DNA of 64,000 nt from the NCBI RefSeq assembly GCF_964355755.1, contig NC_092673.1, positions 2,666,001-2,730,000 on the forward strand, written 5' to 3'. A program made the position numbers and the translations under genes. The notes beneath the pieces were generated by a model. It saw only the letters and a list, made by a program, of their open reading frames with translations, was not told where the DNA came from and searched no databases. This stretch comes from Antedon mediterranea (lineage: Eukaryota; Animalia; Echinodermata). Position 1 is the stretch's first letter, and the number at the start of each line of letters is the position of its first letter. Positions 11,566 through 24,400 of the stretch are shown piece by piece.

Positions 11566-12341
11566 AAATAAATCCAAAAGTACTATGCAGAAACGTTTAT
11601 TGGTGTGTTTTTATTTTCTGTGATTATAAACAAGTAAAAATAGTATTGATGCATTTATACAGTCATTATTGCAGACAGCATAACTTTTCCGGTTTCTAGT
11701 GAAAATGACGATGTACAATACTTATTGCCGCCTACACCTTTCATTGCCTAAAACTATTAAAATAATCAAATCTTGATTATACTGTTTGTTATATACAGTA
11801 TACTGTACTGTAGATTGATCTTAATCACCTATGTTACATTTTAACCTGTTTATTAGGTTTATCATAGAGATATTATAGTGAACTATAATATCTCTATGGG
11901 TTTATTGAAGCTTATAAAGGTGAAAAATCCTTCCATGCGGTTATTAAATCCTCTTTGTACTTACGGTTTGCTGTTGTCTACAACAACCTGTTTAGTTTCA
12001 TTGAATTATATAAAAGTGCAAAACTGTTATTATTTAAAGTTTACCAACCATTATTATTATTACCACAAAGGGCCTTTATGTCTTTTACGTTTGAGCATGG
12101 AGGTATACCTCCATGGTTTGAGTTCATAAAGTACAGGAGACGGACTTTACCGTCAACAAAAGACAAAACGTGTAGGCGGCGTTGAGTATTGTACATCGTC
12201 ATTTTCACTAGAAACCGGAAAAGTTATGCTGTCTGCAATAATGACTGTATAAATGCATCAATACTATTTTTACTTGTTTATAATCACAGAAAATAAAAAC
12301 ACACCAATAAACGTTTCTGCATAGTACTTTTGGATTTATTT
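11566..12341. repeat. Perfect 157-bp inverted repeat with ~460-bp spacer
   Basis: 11566-11722 is the exact reverse complement of 12185-12341 (compared base by base). Confidence 0.92.
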
Positions 12342-12481
12342 TAATGAACAGAATAAAAACATCATTTTAATTGTTACAAACTGATTAATGCTGTTTAAAT
12401 GTAAACCTTGAAATTAAGACAAAAACAAATAATACCAAAAAAACCCAATTTAACATTTACACAAGCAACTCAATGATCCAG

Positions 12482-12622
12482 ATCATAGGCAAATTCCACA
12501 ATACAGCATCCCATGTGTTTAACATGTGATGTCTGTATCACTGAAGGTTAGGAAAGGTCATGATACAGGCTTCATAATATGTCTTTCACATGTGATGCTG
12601 TATCACAGAATTTGCCTATGAT
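12482..12622. repeat. Short imperfect inverted-repeat element
   Basis: atcataggcaaattc..atacagcatcccatgtg ... cacatgtgatgctgtat..gaatttgcctatgat. Confidence 0.6.
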
Positions 12623-13156
12623 ACTGTGGAAATGTAGATACAGTACTGAGAATCGGCTAAAAGCAAACAGTATAATCTATATTAAACCTCTTAAAAGCCA
12701 CCAAAACTTGATACTGTATTTAAAAATGGAAAAAAAACCCCAATATAACAAAATATTTTCATCACTTACTAATGTAATATTATACAAATAATGAATGTTT
12801 ATGAGTGTAATGGTATTAAACGATCGTTTATTAATGCGTACTATTGCACGCAATGTGACCCACATTCGTCCAATCAAATGACAGGAATTTATTTAGGTGT
12901 TATATAAATTGGTATATTAAACATTTCCCTTGCAATTAAAATATGGAATACTTTACTGTACTTTCAATTAATTTATAATTATTGAACAATACAAAACCAT
13001 AACAAGTTATAATATTATTTACAGTTTAAATTTTGTACATCATGGTTTGAATCAGCGAAGTACTGCAAAAATACGACATTTATCGTCGACAGTGATACTT
13101 AAGCGACGCAATGTGTACTATTAGCCGCACAGTAAAACCCATAGCGTTACAATTAA

Positions 13157-13308
13157 AGCGCGGTTCCCACTCGGACGCTACGCAAGGACGTAGACGCAAC
13201 GCAAACCAGTTGACCAATCACAAGCGATGAATTATTTGAACTGTCGCTTGTCATTGGTCAACACGCTTGAGTTTACGTCCTTGTGCTGCGTCCTGTTGGA
13301 ACCAAGCA
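13157..13308. mobile_element. MITE family B copy (Harbinger-like, GGTTCCCAC TIR)
   Basis: agcgcggttcccact..cgcaaggacgta..ttgaccaatcacaagcga..tcgcttgtcattggtcaa..acgtccttg..tgggaaccaagc; related to 15962, 27508 and 60913. Confidence 0.75.
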
Positions 13309-13918
13309 TTAAAGTTTGAACACATGACTCGTCTTATTTGTGGGCCTTGTTATATTGTGGTTACCTGCACTGACTATTATTTCACTCCGCACTTTTTACA
13401 TAGTGGTCAAATAAACACTATTTGGTCACCTTCAAAATTGTACATTATAATTCTTTCTTATACCATATTCGTAGGCCTACTGTATTTATTTTTGTGACCA
13501 CCTTAATTTTCACGAATTTTTTAGAGAAAATCCTTTCAATTTATATATTTGTTAAAATTCCGAATATAAAATAATCACTAAAATGACGCATATAATTACA
13601 AATGCAGTATTTACAAAGAGATTATATAATTCATTAGGTAATTATATAACATCTTTGAGTATTTGGTAATCTGCTAAAAAAAAACCACTTGTGAAGGAAT
13701 CAGATAATTACTACTTTCGAAAGCACTTATGTTTACATAATAAATATATCAAACAAACTGTATTTATAATAATCAAAATATGTCTTAAATCCCAATAAAT
13801 TTAACCAAATAAATGAAAACCAAAACTAAACTAAATAAAACCATCATTTATCAGCTACAAATTATAGCAATTCTGGTCTAATAATACTATACATTTTGTG
13901 AATATGAAAAGAAACTAA

Positions 13919-14078
13919 AGCTTTGTCTACACAATCAAACTACTTTGACAAAATATATGTGATGTGCCCAAATATGGCAGTGTATGCCCAAATATGGTAC
14001 TGATATGACATCATCATCATGTCCATATATGGGCACATCACTTTTTGTCACATAAAGTTTGATAGTGTAGACATAGTT
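13919..14078. mobile_element. MITE family A copy
   Basis: TIRs agctttgtctacacaatcaaact / agtttgatagtgtagacatagtt. Confidence 0.8.
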
Positions 14079-14959
14079 TTATATACGTAATAGTTGTCAG
14101 TCTGAATTATATATTTCAAAACCTGTGTAATCATCTACTGTCTGCATAACCAATAATTTATAGATATAAGTATTGAATACATAAATCCAGTGAAAACAGT
14201 TACAATGTTTTTTTTATGGCCTGTGATACTTACGTGACACTGTATTATAGAATGCGCCTATGATACAGTACATATTATAGACACAGTACTGAAAATGTGG
14301 TAAATATATAGTGTGACATGATATCAAATCTTAAAATATACATTTTCAATACAAGATATGTTTGTCTGACAAACAAGACATCATAGCAATAACGTACACA
14401 AATACCAACAGCTATGAGAACCCTATATTAAAATTTTATTAATTAATTATTACTTTTTTTAAACATTATTCATTAAAATGTATTAAATGGAATGTTGTTG
14501 TTGTTATTTCCATGGAAACGTAAAATAATCATATCAAAGATGTACAAAGTATAACACAGCAATATGAAACTAATTTTCTACAAACGTATTTTCACTCAAT
14601 TTTGTTATACAACAGAATTAATACTGAAACTCTGTTATTCACAGAAATGAAACCATATTGAATATGACTAAAGTTAATATAATAGAGTTTTTTAGGTATA
14701 AGAGATCTAAACTACACTAAAGAGTTTTTATTATTAAGATCTATAGAAACTGATGAACTGATAAACTAATGGATACATGTAGGCAACAGTGACTAATCAG
14801 GGAGGTGAAAAAATAATAATAATTATTATTTGTTCACCTCCCTGGACTAATCAAACTGAATAACTCTTAAAGGAATTGATATAACAGCCAACTATTAACA
14901 ATAGATAGGCTGGTAACTGTTACATTTGTGTGTGACAATACATCATTAATAGGGAAAAG

Positions 14960-15305
14960 TTAGATGGCTGTACAATTTTTTATAAATTTGTAATAGTTAC
15001 TATACAGTTATGCAAATAACACAAATACTTTTTGTTCATAGAAAAAAATACAGATCCAGAGTGACTATACCATGTGATGTACCAAACAGAGCAAAGGTTA
15101 AGTGATATCGACCAATTTAAAGCATTTTACACGTTAGATGGCTGTACACTTTTATGAATTTCTAATAGACTATTCAGTTATGTAAATAAGACTTTTTGTT
15201 CATAGAAAGAAACACAGACCCAGAGTCACTATACCATGCGATGTACCGAATATAGCAAAGGTTATATCGACCAATCAGAGTTTACCATTAAAGCATTTAC
15301 ATGCA
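14960..15305. repeat. Diverged tandem duplication (2 x ~170 bp)
   Basis: gttagatggctgtaca...tttttgttcatagaaa.aaa.acaga.ccagagt.actataccatg.gatgtacc occurs twice. Confidence 0.75.
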
Positions 15306-15820
15306 CATCCATTCATTATTTAGATGAAGATTATAGTGTGAACACAACCTTAGGGTTACCATTTATAATACATATTTTAGTGCAGTTAGGCGATAGGACG
15401 TTAATTGTACCAACTTTACTGTACTAACTGCGTGTATAAATAACTTTCTACACAAACTATATTTGATTTACTATAAAATCAGCGTAAATTGCACTTAAAT
15501 CATTTAACACAAACATCTAAATGTGTGTATACAATAAGATTAAATATATTCAATTTGTTGTAATTAATTAACTTATTTCAATAAAGGCAAAAAACTGCAT
15601 CAAATATCCAAGGCACGTAAAATTAAATAATTCAAATGCAAATAAAAGCAACTATTTAATAAAAAGCATAATTAAAATATAATTAATCCAATGCTATATT
15701 TTAGACTATACAAAAGTATACTACATGTATTTGTAGTTAATATATAATTATTAACTTTGTTATTGTTCATTTAAATGTAAAGAAAAGCAAGCATAAAAGC
15801 AAAAGGAATATTACAATATA

Positions 15821-16160
15821 AGACTCTGTCTACACCACCAAACTAGCTTGACAAAAAGAAGTGTGATGTGCCCAAATATGGTAGTGATATGCTTAAATAT
15901 GGTAGTGATATGACATCATCATGTCCATATATGGGTACATCACATTTTTTTTGTTACATAAAGCGTGGTTCCCACTAGCGACGCAACACAAGGACGTAAC
16001 GCAACGCAAGTGAATTGACCAATCACAAGCGATGGCTTATTCGCTTCTGATTGCTAACTGTCTATAACTTCGCTTGTCATTGGTTAAAACGCTTGCTTCG
16101 CGTTAACGTCCTTGGTTCTAGTGGGAACCAAGCTTTAGGTTTGATAGTGTAGACAGAGCT
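15821..16160. mobile_element. MITE family A copy interrupted by a nested family B MITE (15962-16134)
   Basis: The family A right arm cataaagtttgatagtgtagacagagct is split at TAA by agcgtggttcccactag...ctagtgggaaccaagct. Confidence 0.85.
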
Positions 16161-16351
16161 TTAGAATTACAAACATTATTTGAGGTCCTTATTTGATTAG
16201 GGCACTTATTCAACTACAGAACTTAATTACTTATTTGTATGGAGGCAGAGTGTGTAGTGAATAAATAGTACGCCATTGTGAAAACAAGCAGAAGCGTCTC
16301 ATTTTTTTATTTGTAAGAATGATTTAGTAGAAGAATACTAATATTATTTAA

Positions 16352-17252
16352 AGGCCAGGTGCGGGCAAAAAATTTCTATTGATCATACATTCCAATAATT
16401 ATCGATCTATAGTTTCCCCTATGTTTCATAATTTTTGGGATTTTATTTGTGTTACACGAGCTTGTTGAAAATAAGCACTTTCTTATCAGTGGGGGGATAG
16501 TTCAAATTACACAGTAAAATCTCTATTCTTTTGTACACAAATTTTGTAAATAGAGGGGCATTTTAAAAAGCTACGAAAAATAAACAGTGTGGTAAAAAAT
16601 TTTATCAGATGACTAAGTATAGGTAATATAACTTAAACATTACATTTCTGGAATTTTTATTCAACTTCAAATTTTTATTTTCATGCTATAGCAAAAATTA
16701 TCCACCGTATATCCACCATCTTTTTTCACCTTCTAGGGAGTCACAAGACATGTTATTACATTAGGTTAACTAAGTGAGTGAGTCATATGGCCGAGCGGTT
16801 AAGGCAGGGGCGCCGTTTACCGTACCTAAAGAGCCAACAACAACATCGGCAAGGGTTCGAGGCCGACTCGCTCCTAGTTCTGGTGGTGGAACAAGTCTTC
16901 TCGGATAAGGACTATAAACCGTAGGTCCAGTGTACACAGTTATAACCTGTGTGTACTTTAAAGAAACCCAGTTCATTATTCGAAAAAGAGTAGGGGGTTA
17001 CCACGGTGAACTGGTTCACACAATAGCCCCTGTATCAGGGGGATTACCACCTATCTGATAGGACAGTGATTAATTCACTATTGGTAATCCTTGGCCACAT
17101 TGCCTAAAGACATAAAATAAAATAAAAAAATAAATAAATAACTACCTAACTACTGAAAAAAGGTCTTCCTGGTTTTTATGGAAGAATTTTGCAAAATTTT
17201 GTATTTGGCCATATTAAATATTATATTTAAAATTCATGCCTGTACCTGAGCT
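16352..17252. mobile_element. TTAA-flanked non-autonomous DNA transposon (Kolobok-like) carrying a nested SINE
   Basis: ttaa|aggccaggtgcgggca...tgcctgtacctgagct|ttaa. Confidence 0.65.
16774..17142 (+). mobile_element. Full-length tRNA-derived SINE with a Deu/Nin-type central domain
   Basis: Pol III A box TGGCCGAGCGG (16788) and B box GGTTCGAGGCC (16854). The central tcggataaggactataaaccgtaggtcc...taaagaaaccca...ttcgaaaaagagtagggggtt.ccacggtg resembles the DeuSINE/AmnSINE1 core as I recall it. A-rich (TAAA)n tail. Confidence 0.82.
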
Positions 17253-17583
17253 TTAATATTGGTACATTATCTAATTTTTAAAATTACTAATAGAAATTAT
17301 TTGATATAACAATAAAATGTATTGTTCTATATGAAAACCAAAATCTGTAGCATGATTTATGTTAAAACATACATACATATTAACACATCATCAATTTCAC
17401 ATAAATAATTTATAAAAACCCTAGCCCCTAAAAAGGTTTTCTTAAAAAAAAACACACCAAAAACAGATTTTATACCTCAAATATTTACAAAGATGCATTA
17501 AAAATGGGAAATTAATAATTAATCAAGGCCTCATTATACAAACTATCTTATTTACAAATATTTATATCCATGAATGAATAATA

Positions 17584-18083
17584 CAGTAGAACCTCTATTA
17601 GAGGGACACCTTTAGGACCCAACAAATTGTCTCCTCAATAGGAGTGTCTCCTTAATAGGAATTGACTGTAGTGTTAAAACATATATTACCCCTTGTTTTT
17701 CTCCGAAAAAGAAAGTTTTCCCTTTGGTAGAGGTGTCCACTGATAAGGAGCTGACCAAGGTGTTTAAACCAGCATTTCAGCTTGTTTGTTTTAGTAGGGC
17801 TGTCCCCAGAATAGGGGTCTCCCAAAGGAGGTGACCGAGGTGTTAAAACAAAGCATTTCAGCTTGTTTGTTTTAGTAGGGCTGTCCCCAGAATAGGGGTC
17901 TCCCAAAGGAGGTGACCGAGGTGTTAAAACAAAGCATTTCAGCTTGTTTGTTTTAGTAGGGCTGTCCCCAGAATAGGGGTCTCCCAAAGGAGGTGACCGA
18001 GGTGTTAAAACAAAGCATTTCAGCTTGTTTGTTTTAGTAGGGCTGTCCCCAGAATAGGGGTCTCCAAAGGAGGTGTTATACTG
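17584..18083. repeat. Tc1/mariner-type MITE remnant followed by an 81-bp tandem repeat (~4 copies, ~17745-18075)
   Basis: ta|cagtagaacctctatta...aattgactg|ta at 17584-17668. Unit aggtgaccgaggtgttaaaacaaagcatttcagcttgtttgttttagtagggctgtccccagaataggggtctcccaaagg (27-aa period in ORF 17652-17987). Confidence 0.8.
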
Positions 18084-18133
18084 TATAAGAATGTATTTAC
18101 TGTGATGTTTTAAATATAAGCATGTTTCCCTTA

Positions 18134-18289
18134 AGCTCTGTCTACACTATCAAACTTTATGTGACAAAAAAATGTGATGTGCCATATAAAAAACATGATG
18201 ATGTCATATCACTACCATATTTGACCATATCACTACCATATTTGGTCATATTACACTTTTTTGAGTAGTTTGATAGTGTGGACAGAGCT
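18134..18289. mobile_element. MITE family A copy with TTA target-site duplication
   Basis: tta|agctctgtctacactatcaaact...agtttgatagtgtggacagagct|tta. Confidence 0.88.
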
Positions 18290-18417
18290 TTAGCCTTAGT
18301 TTGAATGGTGAAATACGGCCACTGGGATCATATGGTACTTAAAAAAAAAAGGTGTATTTCACCAAAGTACAGTATTTAAAAAAAAATCACATTCTTAACG
18401 TTTCCTCAACTTCATCA

Positions 18418-21400
18418 TCATAACGTGGTTCTTCCATATGTCATACAAAGTGTATGATCTCGTATATCTCCCCAGCCACCGTTAGCTTTTGGTTCCCTGC
18501 TGCGGATTGGTCTTGTCTTTGGTGTCAGCTGTAAGCTGGACGGGAATAAGAACTCGCTGTTTGTCGTCAATATACCGTTGATTTTCTTTACTAAATCATC
18601 GGCATTGCACTTGCCCTTGTGGTGTATACCACTGAAAAATAAAACAAGGATTGAAAACATTATTAAGAGCAGACGACAATACAAATATGATGCTAAATTT
18701 GTCAATGTGAAACCATAAACTTAAGATCCTAGCTGAACAAAGTTATAACTACATGTGAATGTATATATTCAGCTCCTCAGTTTAAAATGGAAACCAGGTA
18801 AGGCATTGACAAAAAAGTGTGATGTGCTCAAATATGATAGTGATATGCACAAATATGGTAGTGATATGACATCATCATGTCCATATATGGGCACATCACA
18901 TTTTGTTGTCATATAAAGTTGGATAGTGTAGACAGAGCTTTAAAGTACTGTTTTGTATCTTTCCCACCCACCCATTGCTTTTTGGCCTCAGATGTCTAAA
19001 GCTAGTGCCCTGTGATGATAATGAATATACATATATATTGATGCAGATAACAGTATTATTATAACTTTGACAATGATGTAATACTGCTGATGATGTAATA
19101 CTGCTGATGATGTAAAAAAAGAGGCAATTCTAAACCAAAATTGAAAGTAAATAGTGTTTAGTTCTAAACAACATTATAGAAAGTAATTCTGTGGTAAAAA
19201 CCAGCGCAGAGGGAAATCCTAATGTTCATTTTAGGTATGAAACCTGTTTCTATTTTTGTACATTTACAAAACAAGAAGAAAATATGACATCAAGTTTCTA
19301 TTATGGTAAAACAAAACTCTAAGGGTAACTTAGTAAAATAACTAAATAAAATATGATTGAAAAATGTTTTTTAATATTTTGTTTTTTTTATATTGTAAAA
19401 TGTAAAAAATAAATTGGTTTATATGAAAAAAAGAACAAATGAAATACAATACCATTCTCCTATGTGGAATATCCTAGGTGACTTAGGAACCATGACTCCA
19501 ATAGATGGTTTGAGGCAGCCAGTACTTATATGTTGTAAAGTCCAGTCCCAGTTGTAATCATCAAAACGACAAAATTCCTAAAAAACAACAAACAAATGGA
19601 TATTGTATAAGATCAAGTTATGATTTGAGTATTTAATATTTAGTAAAGTATTCATTTTTTCCATTAAATTGCAATCCAGAATATAAAGAATAAGTAGCTC
19701 TGTCTCGACACTATCAAACTTTATGTGACAAAAAAAAATGTGATGTTCCATATATATCACTACCATATTTGGGAATGTCACACTTTTTTTCAAACTAGTT
19801 TGATAGTGTAGACAGAGCTCAAGTAGCTCTGTTTATCTCTGGTAATAAAAGATATCAATCAATATTCTATATAAACAGGAAAATTAACATACAATTATTA
19901 ACCATATTATGAATATATTCTGGCCAGATGTTTACTTTACATATATCACAAATATGATTGATGATGAATACATTTAAAAAAAAATGCAAAATCGAATCAA
20001 CAATAAATAGATAAGCATGCATTTGTTTTACATAAAACAAGAGAAATTAGACAGGTTTTCCTTCTAGAACTATAGGATAATCATTTATGCTGTCTTTGAT
20101 AACAAGTTTTTTTTTTAAACCCAATCAAATGACGACATAATAAAAACAATAAAACCGTTTTTTGTCACGATATTATTGCTTTTATCAATCATGACGTCAT
20201 TTGATTGGAAGTGTGAAAATATAATTTTCATCAAAGAAAGCATAGATGGTTATCCTATAGTTATAGGATGAAAACTTGTTAGATTTCTTTTGTTTTATGT
20301 ATGAAAAACGCATCTTTTTATCGTCGATTGTTATTGTCCTAGTGTAAATGGACCTTAAACTGCAGTAGATTCTGATTACCAAGAGAAAGAAAGAGAGAGT
20401 ACTCTTACAGTGCATTGAGCATAACAATTATGCATGGTTTACAGTTTCACAAGGATACATTTAATCAAGCTTAGAACAATATTTATCTAACAAGACTGGT
20501 GTAAGATGCATTTATCTTTCCAGGGATTCTGATGTGCTTATATCATAATCTGATAATCAAATCATATTGCACGCGATAATATTAACAGGTGCATTAATTA
20601 TATAGATTAAATATATGAATTAATATGATCAATCTAAAACGGCATTCAGCACAAATCTCATGTATATATTATAAAGTAAAGCTCTGTCTACACTATCAAA
20701 CTAATTTGACAAAAAAAGTGTGATGTGCCCAAATATGGTAGTGACATGGTCAAATATGGTGGTAGTGATACGACATCATCATGTCCATATATGGGCACAT
20801 CACATTTTTTTTGTCTCATCAAGGTAGACAGAGCTTAAGGCTGTTCGGTATTGAAAGAGTTGTATTGATATATATTTTTAATAATTAATACTGGTGATAT
20901 TCCAATTTAAGGGAACCACTTGTGGGACAAACAGAATTAACTTTCCCTTTTTATTGGAAAAAAAAATGGAGACGAAGATGAGAATTATCTCTTGACATGT
21001 GTCCAACAATCATGAAATATGAACCTTAGGTTCTTCCTGTTAATATCATGTGTTGATACATAAAACAAGTTTAGTGTGCCCACCAGATCTACCTGATTTG
21101 ATTTTGCCATGGTAGTGTTAAAGCAAATTAGTTGAACAGGAAAGTTTCCCCGTAATAGGGGGACGGGGTGGGGTTGGTTGTTCTAAGAGTGTGATACTGT
21201 TTTAATATGAAGTATCAGAAAATGAGGAGAAGTCAATCAAGTTAAATATTAATGAATACTTTATCTACGTATACATTATGTTACCTCAGCACATGGCTGA
21301 AGCCTCTGCCAGGTGGCTCTATCCATTGACATGCCCATGTTGTGTTTGGATGACTGCCAATTTAGAACATCAACCTAAAACAAAATGACATGATATCTAA

Positions 21401-24400
21401 GATTAAGCTTATGAAGAGATGCCACAAATGATTTGTTTAATCATTCGTCCATTCAACCACAGTAACTGACCAACCTCCCCAGATAACCACTTGTGCAGTG
21501 AGCTGGAGATGAGCTAGTTCCCAGCACCAGACATTGGTCTGGGTTAACAAAATCGTACATGGGTTGTTATGATTATAGCATAATATCCCAGAAAGTTGGA
21601 AAAGGAAACCTTTATCCATAACTACTAAACAAAAGTCTGAATGCTTAAAATCACCATGAAGTAACCCAATTTTGGTAATTTCCACCAGATGTTGTTAGAC
21701 ATTTTGAATAATATTATGAAAACGAATAACAATGGTGATATTATCAACTTAAAAAAATTAGAAAACGGCATAGAGCTATTCTGCTATCTTTGAAATTGTA
21801 CAATTTACGTATTCATCTAGATACGATACGTAATATTGATCGTAACGATCAGGCTAATGAGTATGAAAGCTATTAGAAGAGACAGCAGTGAGATTAGTGA
21901 TAAATGTTAGTGATGCAAACATGTAAGATTATCTCTCAGGTTTATTGACAGTTTATACTTGTAGTATCTTGTTTGTTTGATTTCTCAAGACGAGTGATAT
22001 TTATGCGAATATTTTCATTACAACAACGAAGAAGAAATCGAGTAGTGTTAATGTAATAATGTTGACCAATCACATCTCAAGCCTCCTGTCTCCGGTTAAC
22101 TATTATAGAATTTTATAGATATTATTTGGAGGCATATAAACACTTAGTTGGGGAGGGTCGAGGAATGAAGGTGGGAAATTATAATGGTAAGCCTGTCTTG
22201 GAATACTGTACCATTTCCATCATACTACTACTACCATTCATAATACCTTATTAGCTCTGTCTCTATAGCGAGGACTTTTATCATACGTTCCAATAGTAAG
22301 AATATCACACTCTGGGCAATTACTGTAAAATAATATATAAAATATTCAGTTAATTTTTAATAATCTATTAACTGTCAACATTAATATTCAAACAGTGTGG
22401 TTAAATGCATATTATATTACAGCAGAAACTACTAAATACACTGCATAAAATATTGTTATAAAACTGTATTTGACTCATTTTGAGGTGTAATGCCATTTTA
22501 AAAAATAATTTAATTGTCATGCTATACAGTTGTTAGACAAAATATGATTGGAAATTCTTCTTTGTGGAAAATATATTTAATATTTTTAATAAAGCCAGAA
22601 TTTTCATCATACTTGAGTATGACAATTGACATGTTCCACTTAAAACCATCACTAGATTTACTTCAACGTTAATATACAATTTATTATAGTAATTTAGTAG
22701 TAATTTCTAATAATTACCACAAAGATTATTAATATTATAGAATGTAATAGGGCCTAATATACAGAAATAGCTTTAAATGTTGAAATTTCCATAACAATTA
22801 TTACTGTAGATAAAACATATACAGCATATAGTTTCTATGAACAATGCAATCGATAGAATTTTGTGAGGGCAGAATATAAATGAAGCACAGCGTGGACAAA
22901 ACGCGTTGACGATTGTATTGTTTACACTTGGGTTGGGTTCAGTATGCCTGTATAGGTTTGTACAGTTCAAATATAATACCGTAACAAAGCATTCAATACT
23001 TTGTACATTATTTAGATCTATTTGTACTTTTATGACCAATATTATTGAAGCGAACATATTTGCTTTACGCCAGCATCTTAAATAATTGCTATTGATTAGT
23101 TTGCTGTTTTCCTTTCACAGGAAAAAAATGAAATAAAATATTAAAAATATTGAAGTATATTGAAAAAATATAATAATGTGTTTTTACATTAACTAATATA
23201 CTGTAAAAATAACCAGGAAAGTAGTGAAGCTGTAGCTTGGTTGTTAACATGCTTGCCTTCAAATCCCAGGGTACAGGGTTCAATTTTGTTGTAAGTAACT
23301 CACAACTCTTTCAATTTCACTCCCTAAACCTCAAATGAGACTTAGTTTATAAGCACGATAAATTACAAAATAGTTTATCCATCCATTCTAGCGAGTTAGT
23401 TGCTGTAGGATACGTTTGCAATAAAAAAAAAGGGGCAGGAAGACTATTACTACAGTTTTACAATGATATTTTGAGACTGATGTACCTTTGTTTAATTTCA
23501 TACATTTGTTGAAGGACTGGTAAAAAATCCGGCGACACATAGTGGTCTTCCTCCAGTAATAAAACAGGACCTGTGTGGTTGTGTATACTTCTAATACCAG
23601 TGAATACATGTTGAAGCTGTAGGGAAAATAATTACAAACAATGTATTGTAAAATCACTATAATTTATGTTGATATAAAGTTTGCGATACACCACATATTG
23701 ATAGAAATTAATAAATGTTGAATACAATGCCTTTTTTAAATTACAGTGATATATTGTTTGAAGGTTTGCATGGCGAAATCAAATGTTGATATAAAGTTTG
23801 CAGTACACCACATATATTAGTTCTGAAAAGAACTGGTGAGTTTCTCGACGTTTCAATCAATATGCTTTGATCATCCTCAGGAGTGAGAAACTCAACAGTT
23901 CTTTTCAGAACTAATATACGTGGTGTACCGCAAACTTTATATCAACATTTGATTTCACCATGCAAACCTTCAAACAATTTATCATTGTAATTTAAAAAAG
24001 GCATTGTATTCAACATTTATTAAAATCTATCAATGGTAAACAATAAAATAAAAAATGGGAATATACAATAATTAAACAATACAACAATTACCATTAATAG
24101 AGGATCTTTTTTTCAATTCAATTAACATTGATTTCTTCCTTGAAGAAAATGAGGTAAACATAATAAATTCCAGTAAAATTTATAACAAGGCAATTGATGA
24201 TAACAAAAAGTATACATATCAATAAGAAGAAGTAGGCAGTGCCCAAGAATATAGAAATCTTGTGGCAGGCCAGCCTATTTACAGACACAGGTAAAGCGGA
24301 CTAAAATTCAAGAAAATAGGATTCAAATTACAGGACGTATGGACAGGGACATAACAAGACAGCAAAAGGAGGAAAAAATAACAACGATCAACAGAAAGAC

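Noticed and set aside
16780-16875. tRNA gene
   Set aside because: A and B boxes are present, but the anticodon and variable region do not fold as a cloverleaf, and the sequence runs into a SINE body and A-rich tail.
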